Shown here piece after piece: positions 1 through 11,644 of a DNA stretch of 64,000 nt. The stretch lies in NCBI GenBank assembly GCA_973895155.1, contig OZ316893.1, forward strand, positions 3,950,490-4,014,489, written 5' to 3'. The translations under genes and the position numbers were made by a program. Source of the DNA: Marsupella aquatica (taxonomy: Eukaryota; Plantae; Marchantiophyta). The notes beneath the pieces were generated by a model that was not told the origin of the DNA, made no database searches, and saw only the letters and a program-made list of their open reading frames with translations. Each line of letters begins with the position of its first letter. Position 1 is the first letter of the stretch.

Positions 1-3000
1 AAGATGAGCTGGATGGCCCCCGTGAACTTGTAATTATAAGAGGGTCATAATCACAAACCGGTCTTTGACCCTAGATGTAGAGGCCCTACAATCCAGGAGG
101 CTCTTTAACGGTATGGCACTTCTGCATGCAACGAACCCGATTGGAACATTCAAACCTGGATTGGAAATTCGTTGAAATGTGGTCTTGTCGACGCCGTCTC
201 ACTGTTCCCATTTGCCCAGTGCAAATCCTGCTGCGAACATCCCCCGTGGAAAGAAAAGAATCAAGGAAACAGTCAGACTGAGGGTGCATACCTAGCCTGG
301 CTGCTGACAAACTGCGACTCATGAAATAATCATGGACGAGCTTGACTGAGAATCTGGACGTGAATCAACAATGCTTTGCTGTCACCCGTTTACAATATAT
401 TCTACATACAGACATGCCAGTCTACACGTATACATGAATTACAAGGATATAGTCTATCAAGCATTCGCAGACATTGGCAGCTTCCTAGCCTGGGTGCATT
501 CGTGCGGAGTTTGGTTCAAATGAAGCTGTATAAATTAATCTTTCTTTGGTTTTTTACTCTTAGAGCATACCAAATTCGTACTGTCTCAGAGAATACCAAA
601 TTCGTGACATATTTCTTTGGAATTGAGGATAGCCGACATGAGTGAATGATGTACCGGGGCTAGCCTGTCTGCCAACCAATAGCGCATTTTCTCCAGGCTC
701 ATGAGGAGTCCAGAGTCAATCACCAATATATATATGTACATCTTACTCAGTTCACCTTCTCTACTCCGTTCCTGAACTTCAAACGAATACTTTGTGTGAC
801 CATCGAGCACACACGCATTCCGGTGGTTTCACCTTGAATTCTCTTTCTCTGTCCTTGTTTTTTTCGTAAGCTGCACTTCACTTTTGGCTATGGACCTGCG
901 CGTTCTTCTTCGCTCTGCTGCATTGGTCAGAATCAATCTCCTGGGATTCACCTTTTCGCCTTTCGGTACGTCCGGGAGAGGTATGAAATGCCGTCATGTT
1001 ATTTCGACTTACAGTTTCCAACAATCTGGAGTTCAATCTTTGTGTTAGACAGTGTCAGTGAGCGTCACAAGTGCGACATCAGCAGAAGGTGCACTAGACT
1101 GCATGGTGGCAAATGCTGAACTCCAGACATATCAGGAATTCAGTGACGTTGACAATTTAGGCCACTTGAGATATTTAAACCAAGAGCCTTTCATTCGTGC
1201 AAACCTCTGTTTCTCCCCTCTCGTAACTTCGATTTTGTGGCCCCAAGTGAGAGGTCTTTAATTATCAATTCTCATCAGAGAAGAGTTGTTTTGCGTACAG
1301 GAAGTGTAAATCGTGTTCATGTCTCAAACCTCATGCGATGGATTTAAAGCTGTTCTGCAATAGAGTGATTACGTTGTCTGAAGTAGTACGTTCTCTTTTT
1401 TGCCACTCTGTCAGCTAGCCGTCGTCACTCCTATGAGAACAGTTGTTTATGGATCACACTGCATCTTGCGCAAAGCAGTTAAGCTCATCAAGATTTTGGA
1501 TTTAAGAAGTTACATAAATTGCAATCGTACACGCGCGGCTGCTTTACTAACCTCTTCCTGTCTTGAGTGTAGGTGATCTGAACAAGGACTTGGCCTCCAA
1601 AAACTCGCCGTCTATCGCACTTCTGATGTCGCCGCCCGGTAGAGGTAAATTTTGCACTAAAAGCGATAAACTTCGTTCGTTAGCAGCAACAACAGGTCTA
1701 GTCTCCAAGTGATCAATTTTAGCTACTTAATGGAGATGCATGTGCACGGACAACACATTGTAGGGACTCATACAACCTAGATTCTACCTGTAGCTTGAAT
1801 CAGCAAGCAAGTCTAGCAAGCAAGTCTAGCCGAAGGATCTGTACACACGTCATAGCACAGGGCCTTGGAAACGTCTGAACTTATCAACATTAGTTACGTA
1901 CGGACTGTTACAGTGATAGTATAAGCAGTGTATAAAAGTGGAATCCCGCAGTCCGGTGCTTTGAGCTTATAAGATGATATGGTTCGCATTTAGTTTGTCC
2001 GACAAGTGAAAGACCTTCTCATGCACGCCTATAACATTCATCTGAAAGAGAGACAGGACCCCCTTGTAATCCCACTGTAATACATCATGAGTACCAAGAC
2101 AATATATATCGCTACACTAATGGACGTAGTATCCCCTAAACTATTAAAACAATTACAGCAGTTTTGGTGATACGCATGTCAAATGATATTGCAGGTCAGT
2201 CGAAGAGTCTTCGCGACGATGCGCTTGCGGAAGGTGATCAAGGCGATAGCAGTGACCGTCGACGAGGCCTTCTGTCTATACTCCGTGATATTTCTCCTCC
2301 TGGGATGTGGCCTGTGGGAGACGATCAGGACCCTGACGATTTGCAAAGGGCAATGCCTCTATCAAGTGAACATTCAACTTTAAGCATGATCTCCAATGGA
2401 GCATACTGAAGTATACATCTCCAAGCCTTGATCTACCTTCCTCAGCCTGGCACAGAAGTTAAGCTGACCGAAGTTATATATGATGATGATCCCGACTATG
2501 ACACGGATGTACTTTACTTCTTGGCCTTGACGCAGACCTTTAGATTTTTTACTGCTGCATAGTCTTCTCGATATTCCGGTACGAACTCAGGATTTTGGCT
2601 ACCTAGTTTTTTTTGAATATGATTACAAATCCCGCGCATGATTCTATCTTGTGAGCCTCAAAGCGGTGTCGATAGTTGCCCCATGCGCACAATTTTGATT
2701 TAGATCGAGTCTATAAGCGATTCTTCTTTGAAAGAAGCTAGGGGACCGAACATGAGAAGCTGTTACAATATTGACACCGCGCATATACCGTGGAAATTGT
2801 TAGTGCTTAATGCTGTCGATCAGAATGGCGAAATGAATCTATTTGCACGTACACGGAAATTTTTCTCCAGACTCCTTGTGTCGTTCTTTCTATCGACGTA
2901 TGTTTAGTTGCACAGTACAACGCCGTGCAGGCGGGAAATCACACTGTAAGTCTTCATCACGAACTCCCTGTCGACACAAATTAAAAGACTTCTCTGAAAA

Positions 3001-4999
3001 GCAACTTCATCGAAATGATTCCCTAATAGAAATACAAAACATACCCAGAAGCCAGGATGCTCCAGAATTACGATGCTAACTTACAACCTCAGCACAGATA
3101 ACCTGTGTTTCTGCTTGTGGTTTGAAAGTCTAATTTATAGCTTTCCATCAATAGCCTTGTCACTCGTTCGCTGGCATGTGCGATCACTTGTTTCGGTTGA
3201 AAGAGTCAAGGACTCGAGGCACTTCATGAACTGGCTGTGCGCGAGAATGCTTTCCTATACGAACTTCAGCTTACTTCAGCTTACTGTCTCGATCTTTTGC
3301 ACGATTAATTGACCATTTGCACACAGCGTAGACTTCCAGGAACATGACTCTCCTTCGTCCTGTAGCTGTCTCAAGCTCACGGAAAGGAACAAAACCCAGT
3401 AGTAGAGCTCAGGGGGCTCTACGAGAACTAGAGGACAAAAAATGACCGTCACTACCGTACCAGTGCATTTAATAGTATATCACACAATGGACTAGACTCA
3501 GTGGTCCTTTCAAAATACCTGCTCAAGAGGTGGATAAACTTGGCCAAAACGACACTTGTACACGTACTCAGTGGCGGGACCCCACTCCTGTCCATGTAAG
3601 ATTGGAAGATTACTCGTGACCTCTCAACCTCATGTAATACTCAAATAGACTAATCACTAGATAAAATTAAAACGGCTGCAATTAGATCTTAAAGCAAAGT
3701 CTTGGAAACGACTGCTCATTTGTTGACCCATCATTCTTGTAAGCCCCCTGATGGTTTGATTTCTTTGGGTTTCAAGAAACAAAGATATACCCCTACAGTC
3801 AGGGCACACTAGTCTTAAATTTTCTCCTTTCAAAGTAGAGGTGTTTAGATATAAGGGATAAGTGTCCAAATCGCCCCCTCCCCCTTCCCACATTCTAGTC
3901 ACTCCCGTTTTCTACTATGCTAGCCTCCTACAGAATTTCAGGAACCATGACGAATCCAGATATGATAGAGCGCGGTGCTTCAAAATCTCTCCAACTTAAA
4001 CTATTTTAGTCCTGTTACCCGCAGATCGCCTAACTCACATTCTCCTGGGACATAATTCTAGATGACCATTTTTGGGAAACTCATCTCTTGTTTGCCCACT
4101 GGGTTCTGTGATTCAATTCTACCTGGTGTCGAGTACTTTGCATACAGAATGTGAAAGCATGATAGTGTACGTATTCACATTTCCGCATGCTACCAATGGT
4201 GGACGGATCCACATAACCGCGAAGTTTGCTGGACATTAGTCTTCATTAAGCCAAGTTTGATTCTGAGTTCAAGCTTTACAAGTCAAACAATTTTTGCACA
4301 TCCTCACCCGAAATTGGCAGGTGAAATTTTCAACACTTACGAAAACTGGAGTTCATCTACTGTACTTATTATCTCACAACTGTACACCTGTATATCTTGT
4401 AGAAGGGTAGTATATTAAAGTGAGACCCTGGGTGACCAGTGATGGTGATTGATGAATTTTCAAGTAACGTTCTACGTGAACGGGGCTTGCCAACCTATCA
4501 CAATTAGTCAGGACCGGGACCCACTCAAGTTTCTCGTTATGGCGAGTACTGAATCCAGGCAACAAGCAGGGAATATTTGCTGCCTTGCTGGTTTATTTAT
4601 GACGTGAGCTGTCCTATGAGAGCAGATTTCCCTTGCACTGACATGAGAAATCTTCTCTCACTCTAGGTTGGGGGCAGGTTCAGACTTGTAACACATGGCC
4701 AGAATCTCTTAGTCCACTTTTTGACCAACAGAAAACTCGTGCCCATCCCTTCGTCACGTGAATCAGGCACTCTCTGTTCACTGCAATTAGTGTGGGCTAC
4801 ACACGAATTAGTGAGTGTTACCTACATTAAAAAATTGTACACAGTCTGAACAATTATTTTCTGCCCAATGGAAAGAAAGTGGTTGCAATTATAATTTATA
4901 TATATCACATTACAGTACAAGCATAGTGAGATTACCCAAAAAAATGAGATCTTGCATTTCGAGAGAAACTATATTGAATCCATCCCCAGTTGCATGAGG

Positions 5000-5797
5000 C
5001 AGTGTCCCTGCAGTACATCAGTCCTGAATTTACATTGAATTCATGTTGACTTCGGAGAGGTCTGGTACTTTGACCAGGTTTTGCCTGCACCTATATAAGT
5101 GCTTTTCCCAAACAAAAGTATGACAACAGATTTGATGGGGCCCGGGAGTGAAAAGAAGCTCCTAGTAAAGCGCCCTCCTTTCAAAGGGACATTCTGGAGC
5201 CCACAGGACCTGCCGCCCTTCTCTTCTCCCTTTCAATCTCTCTGTCCACATAGTCATGGTTGGGCCCTCTGTGGTTACAGTTCAGGGAGGAACCTAGTTC
5301 TGAAGCCTGCTGCCCGATGCTACTAATGAGAAGAGAGAAGAGGAAGAAACATCACTAGAAACATCAAATTAATTTCTTAAACCCTGCAACATTGAGACTG
5401 CACATTGCGGGAGGGCTTTGGGCGAAGAGGTTTGCCAAGCCAAAGCGGGAGGTCGATTCTGCAAGGTTTCTCAATGCCTCTTCCCCTTCTCTCTTGTCCC
5501 CTATTCCATTTAGCAGCATCGGGCCTTACTGCCTGCCTCCCTATGCCAGCCCACGTGTCCAACCAAGATTGACCCATGGCTGTGCAGACAGAGAGATTGT
5601 AAGGAGTAGAGGAGGATGGCAGGTACTGGGAGCACCAGGAAGTTCCTTTCGAACGAAGGGGTGAGCCTTTTTATGCCTGTCCATCAAGTCTCTTGTTGAG
5701 CAAAAGTTTTTCCCCCTGCATCAACCAAAGAATGATTCACGGTGACCAAAGTAAGATGAACAATTTACTAGCTCAGCGCCCATGCAGTATACACTAC
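5000..5797. repeat. Long imperfect inverted repeat (foldback/MITE-like)
   Basis: Arms ~5000-5362 and ~5466-5797 are degenerate reverse complements, e.g. gcccgatgctactaatg...agagaagaggaagaaacat vs revcomp gcccgatgctgctaaatg...agagaaggggaagaggcat, and caatctctctgtccacatagtcatgg vs caatctctctgtctgcacagccatgg. No TSD found. Confidence 0.7.
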
Positions 5798-8700
5798 AGA
5801 CAATAATGAGTGATGATGCTGAACAGTAGTGTTCTCAAGCATTAGTGAGATGGCCAGGGGGAGATGGCCAGGCACACATGCAGGGAGAGTGATGAGTAAT
5901 AAGTTGTGGCACCTTTAGATCTATCTCATGCTTAGGAAAAATGTCGTCAGAATCAAGATGTCACCATAATTGAATTACCAAGGAGGTTTCCTGACAGACT
6001 ACATTTAGACAATGAAATGAAAGAGGGGGGTTACATAATACAATGTTTATATTTCTGTACTCTGAACAGTATGTCTACTAAAGCTATACCTCACCTGAAG
6101 GATTCATATGAACTTTTCTTGCAGTCCTGACAATGCATCTTTTAGAGATGGAACATCATCTAGCATATAGACCAACTTGACGTCCTTCAGCACCACATTC
6201 TTACTGTCTAGATCTATCGATATTTAGAAGTGTCAATGATCAGTTTCAACAACCCCACTATTCCAAGAATATGTTATCGATCTAAGCATTTAGCCCGGAT
6301 TCGAGAAACCGCTCAACCCCGTGCTCAAAATTGTTTTGCCTTGGGGTGAAAATTTTCCAATTTTCTATCAGAACATTCAATCCTTCAGCAGATCAGTCAT
6401 CTGTCTATTGGAATGTTCTCAGCGCCTTGATTCGCAATCGATCACCGTGTTTGTAGCATGAAAGAAGTAGAAAGGTGAATTTCGGTGAAGCGACCTGCAG
6501 AGTATCGTGGAATCCCGGCAGCCCGAGTCCTGAAAGAAACGAGGGAAGGAAGCAGCAGAATTTGAACAAACGAGCTCGACTCGAAGTTATAATGACCGTC
6601 ATGGGTGGGGAAGACAGCGGAAGATTCCTCTGATCACATGGCCGAAGCCAAGCAGGCATCTGTGATCGGGCATGCATAGAGAGAGGACGGCAGAGGACTA
6701 CACTCATGAAGCAAAGAAGGACCTAATGCCGAAAAACGTGGAGTAAGTGTAATTAGTATTATAGAAGAGCACGGTGCAGCCAGCGACGATGTACACAACT
6801 TCCTGTATTCTACGAACTGTTTCTTGATAGATTTCCTTCTTTTGGGCTTTGGATTTCGAGGTGCAGTCACGAGTTTGGGGTCAGCCTTTAGATCGTCTGG
6901 CTGTACGATCACGGTGTAAAAGGGAATGTAATCAAATAACACTCTTGGATTGTGGGTAGATGTTCAAAGGACACTTTAGAGAAGAGCTTCGAAATTGACG
7001 AACTCGCAAAGGGTCTATAGAAGATCATTCGCACAATATCACGCTACCTTATTAGCGCTTGCACTGCTCGAATGGCAGGACAGAGTACGTGGCTGAAAGG
7101 CATTTCCAGTAACAATCAGCTCCAAACGGGATATCCGACAATAGAGCAATGTGGGCATTGGAGGATATGGGAGAATGACTCAGAGAAAGGATAACGATGC
7201 TCCAGAACTTTAGAAGACGTTTGATCTGCTCATAGAGCATCCCCAACACATAGAAGTTTGCACTCATTACATCGTTTGGGGAGGTCAATTATCAGCACAT
7301 TGGGAATCAGCGTGCAGGGTTTGTCAATGTCCATTCCAGCGCTAACAATGGGGATAAAAACTGGGGAATGCAGAGTAATCATGGAAGAATCTCAATAACG
7401 GTATGGCTTTCGATCGAGCTGAATGAGCAAACGAAAGCTCCTGACAATTGGACAACCGACAATTCGACAATTCGACAACCGACCGGGTTCGCTAATTGAA
7501 CCGACAGTTAGCCTTTCACTGATTGAGCATCACACTCCACTTTTAGTAATCGAACCGAAATTCACGGGTTTCATTGACTGAAAGAACATTTTATTCATTC
7601 CAAATCAGATGACCCTGTGTCCCTGTCGCCTGAAAATCACCTCGAACTTCCACTGCCCAATCCAAAAACTCGGATTGCAACGATTGGACCGAGCAGCAAC
7701 CACCGCGATCAAACGTCTATTGCAGGTGGGAGTGACCTTCTCGCACATAAAGATGGGTATGGGCTCGAAACATCTTTGGGAAGGCCTCCAGTACGGGTAC
7801 AGTCCTTTGGCTCTTCGGCACTCGGCAGTGTATAAATAAAATCAACTTTTAAGTACCGTACTTTGCCACACTAAAAGGATGTTACAGTGAACTCTGGATA
7901 AACTCACCAGACAAGGCTCACCAGACAAATCTGGCGTGCACTAAACCAGGTTATTCATGACTTGACAAGAGCCCATCCTGCTAAAAGTGCTCTAATAGAT
8001 AAGTGTGCTTAAATTTGGGATCCTTTGTTAAATGTGTAATTATCCAGGGTTTTGAATCCATGTAACCAACCAAAGCTAAACTCTCAATCCCTTAGCTATC
8101 TCAACAATGAATCCGTGGACCCTCATGTTATTTTAGAGGCAGTTACCTAGAAACTGAAGCCTAGATGGACCTCCAAATCTAAAGAAAAAAAATCAAAAAT
8201 GGACAAGTCAAAGTTATAGAACATTGGAAATTTATAATCTCCTTAGAAACTCAACTAAATCTATCAATGTTAAGTTCATTAAAAAGCTAAAGAAATTCTA
8301 AAATTCATAATCTCTTTAGTACTCGATAAAATCTGTCAATTTTAGGTTCACTCTCATGGAAGGGGTCGACATTTCATGGGTTATACAACAAACATTTCTA
8401 TTCACGTTAGAGATTATGAAATCATGGGTAAAATCTAATTTTCAAATTACTTACTCAATTCTTACCGAATGGTGTCAATGTTGAGCTCATCAGGACCGTC
8501 TCTTCAAGGTCTTTCCAATGTCATATTATATGTGAGTTTTCATTATGAAATGACTCAACAATGTCAAATCAAAAATTTCTGTTGGGAAAATTTTATGTTT
8601 TGAATAAAATCAAAATGTAAATAAAATCGTTACTGAGAGTTGTTTGCCTCAATCTTTTGATCTTTTGATTTGCATGTCAACTTTTTTTTACATTCTTTTT

Positions 8701-8846
8701 TACGGCATGGCGTCCCAGTTTTTACAGCAAAGTTACCACAAACACAAATACAGAAGTTAATTTTATCCAAAAACAAGTCTCTTATTGTTTTGCAGCATCC
8801 ATGATGATGTGGTGCACTGTGGACCCAGGAATTTTGGAAAGGACCC

Positions 8847-9167
8847 CTAATGGGGGTCCGTAATCAAATCCTCAGAAATTGTCACTTGAGCTTCCTGGGC
8901 AGTGAGGAACCAACAATACAAGATTTCTTCCAGATCTGGGCAAAGTGCACTACGATTTGGTTTGACTTCATTTGCAGTCACATTGGAAAGCAATGAGAAA
9001 GATTTTTTCAAGATTCTACCAACGGTAGTTTGATTTACCTTAGCGCCAAATGTTTCTGAAGCCCATTCAACTAGAGCTTTGTTTGTGAACTCTAGATGCT
9101 TTTGCTTGTGGTGACACATTTCTCTCTTATGCTTGTGAATTAGTGTTCTCACCTTCCTTTCCTCCAT
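8847..9167 (-). pseudogene. pogo-family transposase N-terminal fragment (CENP-B-like HTH domains), truncated
   Basis: MEERKVRTLIHKHKREMC...LVEWASETFGAKVNQTTVGRILK...PDLEEILYCWF...VTISEDLI resembles CENP-B/Tigger HTH1-HTH2. It is interrupted at a TA by an unrelated repeat, and no DDD domain is present. Confidence 0.8.
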
Positions 9168-9520
9168 GTTGATTCCACTTGACTACCCCAATGATTCACG
9201 AGCTACAATACCACAAGTTACAGTGCGCAGCAGTGTTCACATGTGCTATGGACCCCATAGTCAGCCTCGTACCTTGATCCCTGCCCTAATTCTTTGCCCA
9301 AACTCCTTAAGTGCATTATGTACTCTACTAATAATGGGCATGCCTTTATCAGTAAATGGCATTTCTGGATCGAGTTTATGCATTTACATATAAGCGCATT
9401 CAATCACTTATCCAGGGTAAGCGCTTAGAAAGTTGTCTTTAGCAAAATGATTTTAGCCCTTTGTGCGCTAAGAAAAAATGCTTAAAAACCACTTATCCCG
9501 TCTAAAAAAAAGGGAAGAAC

Positions 9521-9862
9521 AGTTAGATATTGCTCTAGTCTTGTGACTCATGAGCTAACTACAATTAGGCTAACTCGGGTTAGGACTTAGCTAATGTTAG
9601 CGGTAATGCTGTTGTGTATTAAGCCAGTGCTGATGCCAGACCTTGGTGGAACTTAGGCTCATTGTTACGGAGCTAGTTGAGAGATAGGGAGAGCTTGTGC
9701 TGTGGATGCTTGGTATGGCCGGTCGGCCTAGAGTGCAGTAAAGCTCTTGTGTGTTCCCGTGGACGTACCCTCATGTGGAGGTGAACCACGTATCTCTGTG
9801 TCGACTCTTGTACGTTGGATGGTTCATGGGCTTGCCGTTGCGAATGTCATCTATGCTCAACA
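9521..9862 (+). mobile_element. Ty1/copia solo LTR
   Basis: 342 bp flanked by 5-bp TSD AGAAC (9516-9520, 9863-9867). Ends ...CAACA and starts AGTTAG (probably a mutated TG). Shares agtaaagctcttgtgt.ttcccgtg.acgta...ggtgaacca.gtatctct with the 340-bp copia LTR at 52398-52737. Confidence 0.8.
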
Positions 9863-9904
9863 AGAACAAGATGGCATGCAATACCAAGGTAAGCGATTAT
9901 GGAG

Positions 9905-11364
9905 AGTCGCAGAACTCGACTACCTTAACACTTAGCTTTGGCATCGCTGACTCCGACGCCGAGCTCCCTTATGGTCCAGGCCCGGATAGGCCATCCGGGG
10001 AGGACTTAGCATGGGGAGACTTGTGAGCAATGAGACGTGGCACTGGCGAGGCAAGGGACCAAGCTGGGGACACACACTAAGGACTTGGACTAGCCTATGG
10101 CTGGTTGGGTCAAGGGGAAATGGGCCGGGCTCAAGGATGGCCGTCCGGACCATCGAATGGGCTTTGAGTTTTGAGGGCTTGGGGGTGAGCTCCTCTTGGG
10201 CCCAAGGCCAATGGAGTTGACGCCATTGGCAACGGACGCTTGGGGCGCAAGTTGTGGCCCAATCCGGGTTGGGCCGGTCGGGGGCCCCGAGCGGCGATCA
10301 GACCTGAGGGCCTGGGCATGAGCACTGGGTCGGCCTGGTCACAACGGGCTAAGGCACTCCGCTTGTGGATGCCTATCAAGAAAGTTATGGGCGTTGCCAG
10401 TTGGTGGCGTGCCCATTATGCGCGATGGGATCCGGGTTGGGGGCCAAATGTTTAGGGACCAAAGCTGGTCCGGGGGTGGCAGGTCCCCATAAGCATATAT
10501 GAGGGGAGTGGTGTCTCCCTGGGGGCTAAGGGCGAGCCGAAGTCGTGAGCCGCGGCGGTAGCGGCACTAAGGAAAACCGTCAAACGGAAATGGCGATATC
10601 TTGAGGAGGGCTACGCTCTCTTGAGCTCAGTTGGGTCTGGAGGTGCCATGGGTTCTCATGGTTTGCGGGTGTTAGCTCGCCCGTTTGCCAAATCCTGCCG
10701 AACAGCAGCCAAGCTGCGTACAGCCTTCCAAGGGAGCTTGCATTGGGGAGGCAAGGCCAAGTAGGTATGGAGGCTGAGTCCCAAGGGCGCTCGGTCCCTA
10801 GACCATCAGTGGGGCGAACCGGGAGTCGGTGTTAGAGTCGGGGCCGTGCTGGTCCCCGCGTGTTGAGACAAGCTTGGGACAAGCTTTAGGACAAGCTACG
10901 CTATTTGGGCCATGAGCATGTCCTGAGGTCAGGGCGGTCAGTTGGTGATGGATAGGTACGAGGGGGAACCCGGGCTGCACCCAAGGGAGGAGCTGTCCTG
11001 GACGAACAGTGGGTGTGGGTTCTGGTTCCAGCTTATGGCATTGGGAGGACCTATCGCTGACCTATTTACCAACCTCTGTTGAGCTGAGTTAGGATGCTAG
11101 ACTTGGCGAGTTCTAGATCCGGAGGGGTTACTTACCGAGGTGTTTGGTTGCTTGTGCAGACAGTGAGGACCGTTGAGTAGCGGTCGTGTAGGTGAGCAAG
11201 TGCAGCTTCATATGGGAGTGGCCGCAGAGGGTGCTAGAGGCACTTGGGTGCTAGAGGCACTTGGGTGCTTGCTCGAGGTATTCTATTGAGGTGTTCGGGT
11301 ACCAAGGGCACTTAGGCGCAAGTGCTGGGACTGGTGAGGGCACTGGGTGGCGAAGTCCACCACT
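9905..11364 (+). repeat. 5' LTR of gypsy element
   Basis: Direct repeat of 17061-18571; begins AGTCGC and ends CCACCACT. Lacks a ~50-bp segment present in the 3' LTR at ~17757-17806. Confidence 0.93.
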
Positions 11365-11366
11365 TG

Positions 11367-11378
11367 TGGTATCAGAGC
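11367..11378 (+). other. Primer-binding site (initiator tRNA-Met)
   Basis: TGGTATCAGAGC, 2 nt after the 5' LTR end; the canonical plant iMet PBS. Confidence 0.93.
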
Positions 11379-11644
11379 GATTGCCAGCATAGACACCGGG
11401 CCGGGGCCGTGCTAAGTCGGAATCCAAAAATCTTAACGGATTTTTTCGGGGACTTAGTGCTTCAACGTGCCCGACGGGTCGACTGCGGGCAGATTCGGTC
11501 GCTGGGAACAGGGCAAAAAACACTTGTGCAAAGAGTGGCAAGCAGGCTCCCCCCACCAAGGGGAGAGCCCAAGTTCACGACGAACAGAAGGAGGACGGGT
11601 CGACTTCCCTGGACGAATGTTACAAGCAAGACAAAGAAGACGCA

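Noticed and set aside
4440-4500. LASPVHVERYLK (- strand) resembling the RpoC/RpoC1 LASPVAHIWFLK motif
   Set aside because: The flanking residues and zinc-finger spacing do not match, so this is probably chance.
9932-10980. Short ORFs inside the LTRs (duplicated at 17167-17611) and antisense to gag-pol
   Set aside because: They are by-products of GC-rich LTR or pol sequence and carry no recognisable domain.
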